Source of the DNA: an uncultured Acidobacteriaceae bacterium
GTDB taxonomy: Bacteria; Acidobacteriota; Terriglobia; Terriglobales; Acidobacteriaceae
Direction of reading: 5' to 3'
NCBI GenBank assembly: GCA_963736535.1
Contig: CAVTPN010000001.1
Span: 153,789-217,788, forward strand
Length of the DNA stretch: 64,000 bases
The translations under genes were made by a program, and so were the position numbers. The notes beneath the pieces are model-generated. The model saw only the letters and a program-made list of their open reading frames with translations, ran no database searches and was not told the origin of the DNA. Below are positions 58,515-64,000 of this stretch, piece by piece (positions within the stretch are counted from its first letter, which is position 1; the number at the start of each line of letters is the position of its first letter).

Positions 58515-60657
58515 CTATTTGGGCAGCGCGAAGGCCACCAGGCTGCCGCCTGAGGGCGCAGGGGACTTTCCTCCGCCGGCGGCAATGACGATGTATTGCC
58601 GGCCATTCACTTCATACGTGGAAGGCGTGGCATTTCCGGCCGCGGGAAGCGTGGTCTGCCACAGGACCTTACCGGTGGTCTTGTCCAACGCGCGAAAAAC
58701 CTTGTCGTAGCTGGTGGCGCTGATAAACAGCAGGCCACCCGCAGTCACAACCGGGCCGCCGTAGTTCTCGCTGCCTGTGCCGGTGAGCCCCGTGGCGGCA
58801 AGTTCCGGATACTCCCCGAGAGGAATCTTCCACACGGTTTTGCCGCTGCTCAGATCGATTGCGGTTAAAGTGCCCCACGGCGGTTGAATGGCCGGGATAG
58901 CCGTCCTTGTCGAGGAATTTATTGTATCCGTCGCTGATATATTTTGCATCCAGGGGCGATGGCCCGTTGTCTTTCACCACCACTTCCTTGCCGTAATAGA
59001 CGTATTCAAATACGGCCTGCAGTTGATCCTCACCCAGGTTGGCGAATCCGGGCATGCGGCCGGCACCCTGCGAGATAAGGTGCTTCACCGTCCCCTCATC
59101 GTAGCGATCGGCTACGCCAATCAAGGAAGGAAACTCTGGAGGTGCTCCGGTCCGATCGGAACGGTGACAAGCGGAACAGTTGCGCAGAAAAATGTCTCGC
59201 CCATTGGCCTCAGCCGTGCGTGGCTTCTGCGGAACCAGGCGCAAGATCCAGGCCATTTCATTCGCATTTACATAGAACAGGCCGCTGGTCGGATCAAAAG
59301 CGCCTCCGCCCCACTCCGCACCTCCATCGAAGCCGGGAAAGATGATGGTGCCCTGCGTACTTCCGGGAATGAACTGCCCGTTGCTGCGCACTTTCATGAA
59401 ATGGTCGAGTGCTTCCTGGTGAGCCTCGGGAGTGCGCGTCGTAATCATATCCGCGGTCACTTTTTGCCGCGCGTAAGGAGCCGGCAGCACGGGCAGCGAC
59501 TGCTTTTTCGCCGTGACCTCGCCCTCAAGATCCGACGGCGGATAGCTCCGGCTCTTGATCGGAAACAGCGGCTTGCCCGTCTCTCGATCAAAGAGAAAGA
59601 CGAACCCCTGCTTGGTCGTCTGGGCCAGCGCATCCACGTCTTGCCCTTTGCGTTTCACCGTCACCAGAGCGGGTGGCGCCGGCAGGTCGCGATCCCAGAT
59701 GTCGTGATGCACCAACTGGAAATGCCAAATGCGCTGGCCGGTCTCTGCATTCAGGGCGATCAGGCAGTTAGCAAACAAATCGTCGCCGAGTCGATTGGCG
59801 CCGTAAAAGTCCGAGGCTGCCGAGCCGGTGGGGACAAACACAATTCCGCGCTTCACATCGAGCGACATGCCGGACCAATTGTTGGCTGACCCGCTATACG
59901 TCCACGCCGTCTTAGGCCATGTCTTGTATCCCAATTCGCCAGGGTGAGGAATGGTATGGAAAGACCACCGGACCTGCCCGCTGTGCGCATCGAAGGCGCG
60001 AATATCTCCTGGAGAGGCGGGGAGCACCTCACTCATCGCGCCGCCGACGATCACAAGATCCTTGTAAACCACCGCCGGGCTGGTCATCGTGACCCAATTC
60101 AAGGGTTCACGGCCCAGACCTTCGCGCAGATCGATGTGACCCGCTTTGCCAAAAGCGGTAACCGGCTTTCCCGTTTGGGCGTCCAGTGCGAAGAGATACT
60201 GGCGCACGCCAACGAAGATGCGCTGATCCTTTCCGTCGGCCCAATAGGTCACGCCCCGGGTGCGTACCTTGCCAACGTTCTTGAGACCTTGATTGGCGTC
60301 GAACCGCCAGTGCAGTGCGCCTGTCGCTGCATCCAGGGCGACCACGTCCCCGTTTGGCGTGGTCGCATACAAGACCCCATCCACCACGATCGGATTGCAC
60401 TCCATCTCCGATTGTGGATGCTGGTCTCCGCTATCGAAGGTCCAGGCAACCTCTAAGGAATGCACGTTATCGCGGTTGATCTGGTCGAGGCTCGAATAAT
60501 GAATGTTATCCGGTCCGCCGCCATAGACTCCCCATGTCCGATAGGAAGCGCGATAGGAATCAGCGGCCGCCTGGGCGCGAGCGTGAACCGGGATGGCTGC
60601 GCAAAACGACAGTGCGATGCAAAACGATTTGGCAAACATGCGTTGATAGTTAACCAT
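58515..60657 (-). pseudogene. Periplasmic PQQ-dependent dehydrogenase with embedded c-type cytochrome domain, one frame break
   Basis: Signal peptide MVNYQRMFAKSFCIALSFCAAIPVHARAQ. Propeller motifs (LEVAWTF..., VVDGVLY..., ALDAATGALHWRF, ALNAETGQRIWHF). Haem motif CSACH. The frame changes at about 58890-58896. The last blades follow: [26 protein letters not shown]...[12 protein letters not shown]... Confidence 0.8.
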
Positions 60658-61737
60658 AAGCGTCAGGCGGAGTTTCGCAAACTGTGGCCCCACCCCTCCC
60701 CGCCGCCACCACTCCGATCGCACTTCAGTCCCCGGTACTACTTCGGTCGGCATTCCCGGCTCCGGCGCCCAAATCTTCAGGCCCTCAGCGGCAAATACCC
60801 GCTCGATCGGCTGCCGCCAACCATGCAGCGCAAGACTGAACAGCCCCCAGTGAATGGGCATCATCAGTCCCGTGGCGCCCATGGTCCGAAATGTCCTCAC
60901 CGCTCCATCCGGCCCCATATGAATATCTGCCCACATGGGATCGAAGGCGCCAATCTCCAGCATGGTCAGATCGAATGGCCCATACGCTTGCCCAATTTCT
61001 TTAAATCCCTCCCATTCCCCTGAATCCGCGCCGTAGTAGACACGGTGTCTGGGGCCGGCCAGAACAAACGAAGCCCACAGCGTCTCGAATCGGGTGAGGA
61101 GGCTCCGTCCAGAGAAGTGGCGCGACGGCAGTGCGGTCAACTCCAGAACCCCTACCCGCATACTCTCTGTCCAGTCCAATTCGCGAACACTTTTCACGCC
61201 CAGCTTCCGAAGGATGTCGCCCACGCCAAGCGTCGTCACCCACTGCGCCCCGGCAGTCGCTTGGTTCTGCGCCAGGAGCCCGATGGTGTGCGCCCCAAGA
61301 TGGTCGTAGTGGTCGTGCGAGAGAAGCACTACATCGATCCGCGGCATCTCCTCCAGGGGCAGAGGAGGGGCGAAGAAACGCTTTGGCCCCGCCCACTCGA
61401 ACGGGGCGGCCCGCTGCTCCCACACGGGATCGATCAGCACCCGTACCCCGTCGATCTCCAGCAGCATCGACGAGTGCCCCATCCACGTCACCCGCAAACC
61501 ACTTGCCGGTGGATCCTCATAGACCCGAGTATCCGTGCGGAACGGTCCCGGGCTGCGTTTTGGTGTGCGTTCCTCCCGGTTGGTCAGATAGCGCCACAGT
61601 ACCTGCAAGAATGTGGACCACCCACCCACCGAGGTAGGCACCGGATTCATATACAGCTTGCCCTTGCGTAACGCTTTCCCGAGCATTCCCATCCTTATTG
61701 GATTGTTAGCGGTATCAGCCCGCGAACGGGCAGGCAA
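60658..61737 (-). CDS. MBL-fold metallo-hydrolase (NAPE-PLD-like); no stop codon before the PQQ dehydrogenase
   Basis: VTWMGHSSMLLEIDGVRVLIDPVW...DVVLLSHDHYDHLG (HxHxDH)...IHWGLFSL.... The ORF continues in frame into the next gene's signal peptide. The N-terminal start is uncertain. Confidence 0.7.
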
Positions 61738-61818
61738 CTGTGATGGCGCGGACCTCTATGCCGAGAGTAACCTTTCAGCATCACCGGCGCGACCATAAGA
61801 TGCCATAAAGGAAACGCA

Positions 61819-62292
61819 ATGACGACTGAGGCGAATGGGGAAGCCACCGATCCTTACCTTCTGCAGCGATTCGTCGACGCGCAAGCCTCCTGCTTTAAAC
61901 AAGTGCGCTCGGAGCTATTGGCTGGACAAAAGCAATCCCACTGGATGTGGTTCGTCTTCCCCCAGATAAGAGGTCTCGGTTCAAGTCCTTTGGCGCATCG
62001 CTTTGCCATTTCCGGTCCTGGCGAGGCCGACGCCTACCTCATTCATCCCGTCCTTGGCGACCGCCTTCGCGACTGCACCGCCCTGGTCAACGCCGTGGAC
62101 GGTCGTTCCGTCCACGACATCTTCGGCTATCCCGACGATCTAAAGTTTCACTCCTCGGTCACACTCTTTGCCTGGGTGGTCGCGCATGGCTCTCCGTTTC
62201 AGATCCTTGGAAACCATGTGTTCGCCGACGCCCTGACAAAATACTTCAACGGAACACCGGATCAGGCCACGATCGACCGACTGCCGCGGTAA
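61819..62292 (+). CDS. DUF1810 family protein
   Basis: LQRFVDAQ...VRSELLAGQKQSHWMWFVFPQIRGLGSSPLAHRFAI...YL.HPVLG.RL is the DUF1810 signature. Confidence 0.85.
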   Translation: MTTEANGEATDPYLLQRFVDAQASCFKQVRSELLAGQKQSHWMWFVFPQIRGLGSSPLAHRFAISGPGEADAYLIHPVLGDRLRDCTALVNAVDGRSVHDIFGYPDDLKFHSSVTLFAWVVAHGSPFQILGNHVFADALTKYFNGTPDQATIDRLPR

Positions 62293-62311
62293 CTGCAGTG
62301 TGTGTCGAGCT

Positions 62312-63187
62312 CTAGCCGCCGCCCTGCTGGCGCTTCCACTCCGCCTCAAATGCCTGTTGCCGCTCCGCCACGGCTGCCCGATAACCCTCCGGGTCAATCC
62401 AGACCTTCTCTCCCGCTCCAGCCTGCGCTTGTTGCAGTTTTTCGAGCATTCCAAAGTAAGCTCCGTGCGCCCCGAGGAACACATCGCATGGCAGCCCCTT
62501 CAAGGTAACGAAGGTTCGCTGATAATCCGCGGCGATGCCAGGATAGGAAGCGGGTCGTCCGGGCAGGTTTACCAAACGGAACCCGGGGTTCACATTCCAG
62601 CTTCCTACAATCACCACGTCGCGAAGTTGGCCGCCCACGGGCGCTCGCATCGTCCAGGTGGTACAGCCGCGGGTATGACCCGCCGTCTTATGTGCGACCA
62701 GCACCACGCCCCCCAGCCGTACCACATCGCCGTCGTGCAACACACGATCCACCTTCACCGCCGGATAGAGGTCTTTAGGGTAGTTGAAGTCCTTGGCGCC
62801 TCCGCTCTCTACTACGGGCACATCACCATCCATCACCATGTACTTTGCGCCCGTCAGCCGCTTGATCTCTGCGCTGCCCGCGTCATGGTCGGAATGTGCA
62901 TGGCTGATCAGCAGGATCTTGATGTCGTTGAAGTGAAACCCAAGCTGTTCCACGCTCTTTTGAATCAACGGAGGCGAACTTTCCAGGCTGGAGTTGATCA
63001 GGATATCGCCCTTGGGAGTCACCACCAGGTACGACGCCAGATCCTTGCTTCCCACGTAGTACAGATTGTCCGCAATCCGAAACGGTGCAATCGGCGTTGT
63101 CCAGTCCGGGTTGGGCGCTCCCCATACGCAGCTGGCCGACAAGAGCAGCAGCAGGCACATCCATGTTTTAATCCAGGGCCGAGCCAT
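62312..63187 (-). CDS. Subclass B3 metallo-beta-lactamase family protein (exported)
   Basis: Signal peptide MARPWIKTWMCLLLLLSASCVWG. B3 zinc motifs HAHSDH, GHTRGCTTW and GAHG. ATG 63187 is preceded by GGAGG. The track start at 63247 is rejected. Confidence 0.85.
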   Translation of the reverse strand: MARPWIKTWMCLLLLLSASCVWGAPNPDWTTPIAPFRIADNLYYVGSKDLASYLVVTPKGDILINSSLESSPPLIQKSVEQLGFHFNDIKILLISHAHSDHDAGSAEIKRLTGAKYMVMDGDVPVVESGGAKDFNYPKDLYPAVKVDRVLHDGDVVRLGGVVLVAHKTAGHTRGCTTWTMRAPVGGQLRDVVIVGSWNVNPGFRLVNLPGRPASYPGIAADYQRTFVTLKGLPCDVFLGAHGAYFGMLEKLQQAQAGAGEKVWIDPEGYRAAVAERQQAFEAEWKRQQGGG

Positions 63188-63278
63188 CCATCCTCCAATA
63201 ACTATTTCTACAGTCTTTGTGCGGCTATCGCCACGTCTCTTGTCCACAGCCGTCGATTAGCCGCTGAGGTACGGTTCT

Positions 63279-63455
63279 CGTTCCCTGCGAAGGACGGGTG
63301 CCCATATCTCGCTCGTTTTTCGCGAGATATGGGATACCACCGATTTTGACCGCTAAGTGCATCGGTTGAATCGAGAGTCAAAGGGAGAGAGTGGTGGAAT
63401 CCCACATCTCGCAAAAAACGAGCGAGATATGGGGCACCCGTCCTTCGTCAGGAAC
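63279..63455. repeat. Compound palindrome: two inverted ~70-nt arms, each with an internal hairpin
   Basis: Arm 1 (63279-63350): GTTCCCTGCGAAGGACGGGTGCCCATATCTCGCTCGTTTTTCGCGAGATATGGGATACCACC.... Arm 2 (63377-63455) is its near-exact reverse complement. Each arm contains CCATATCTCGC...GCGAGATATGG. Confidence 0.8.
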
Positions 63456-63507
63456 CAGGAGTATTCGTCCTGTTTAGAGTGTTAGGGCACAGACTCGCAG
63501 GGGTCAT

Positions 63508-64000
63508 CTACCAAAGCGCAATATTCAGAACCACAAAAACCACAGCGACAACCCCTCCCCAGAATATTGGTTCCTGGTACCACTCGCATTTGTCCTTCGT
63601 CGGCAACGTAGTGACCCCCATGACCAGCCCTTCCAGTTCGTGCACGCTCCGCGGCTTCGTCACCAGGCTCACCAGTACGGTAACGCCCACACAAACCACC
63701 CAGGCCCACAACGCGCGATACATATTCTCCGCCATCTCTTTCGCGTCCGGAGAGAGCGCGACATAACGTAAGGCGGAGGGGTCTTTTACCACCCAAATCC
63801 AAAGGCCGATCGAAGTTAACGTGCCTGCGAGCAGACCCCAGAAGCCACCCTGGTTGGTCGCGCGCTTCCAGAGCATGCCCAGGATCACGGTCCCAAAAAG
63901 TGGAGCGATGAAGAAGCTGAAAAGTTGCATGGCATAGTCCATGATGCTGGCGGAATGCTGCACCAGGTACGCGGTCCCTACGGATACCAGCACTCCGATC
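63508..64000 (-). CDS. Sodium:solute symporter (SSS) family transporter, C-terminal part; 5' end beyond window
   Basis: Hydrophobic C-terminal TM segments ...FFIAPLFGTVILGMLWKRATNQGGFWGLLAGT...; the frame stays open to the window edge. Confidence 0.7.
   Translation of the reverse strand, partial: IGVLVSVGTAYLVQHSASIMDYAMQLFSFFIAPLFGTVILGMLWKRATNQGGFWGLLAGTLTSIGLWIWVVKDPSALRYVALSPDAKEMAENMYRALWAWVVCVGVTVLVSLVTKPRSVHELEGLVMGVTTLPTKDKCEWYQEPIFWGGVVAVVFVVLNIALW

Noticed and set aside
58888-59889. 333-aa plus-strand ORF
   Set aside because: It lies antisense to the PQQ dehydrogenase.
62300-63349. 349-aa plus-strand ORF
   Set aside because: It lies antisense to the B3 metallo-beta-lactamase gene and extends into the palindromic repeat.

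Overview
GC-rich chromosomal segment. The gene mix suggests a soil Acidobacteriota (Terriglobia-like) genome; this is an inference from a >1200-aa CarboxypepD_reg-type TonB-dependent receptor, a TPR/FG-GAP/ASPIC giant protein, a CheB-CheR-PAS fusion and many Sec/Tat-exported oxidoreductases. There are about 60 protein genes. I found no rRNA, tRNA, CRISPR array, integrase or transposase. Left to right: site-2 protease + IHF; dcd + an atypical LuxR regulator; a SYLF protein; lipid A genes (lpxL-like, lpxD); xseB + a homocysteine-methyltransferase/MTHFR fusion; a CHASE3 kinase/receiver pair; a complete Pho locus (phoB-phoR-pstSCAB-phoU); a higBA toxin-antitoxin pair; an amidase; the TPR/FG-GAP protein; a 3-gene amino-sugar module; tandem aldo/keto reductases; CheB/CheR-PAS + kinase; a stress/repair cluster (YciF, UdgX-like glycosylase, DUF72, YjbR); urease genes in the order ureF-D-A-B-C-G without ureE; a LysR-headed TonB receptor/amidohydrolase/ureohydrolase/RidA/NCS1 locus; a periplasmic PQQ-dehydrogenase module; and a B3 metallo-beta-lactamase. 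Three signals go beyond plain annotation. (i) At least 14 single-nucleotide frame breaks hit 9 well-conserved genes, and two gene junctions lack a stop codon. (ii) A ~48-nt REP-like element occurs in at least 6 full or partial copies at gene ends, once apparently split by another small palindromic insert. (iii) A ~180-nt compound palindrome lies at 63.3 kb. I did not find a convincing new defence-type or mobile system. My best candidate for an undescribed functional unit is the urease cluster plus the adjacent LysR-controlled uptake/ureohydrolase locus (43-57.5 kb), and that is inference only. The supplied ORF track omits ORFs that run off the window edges; both edge genes were read manually.
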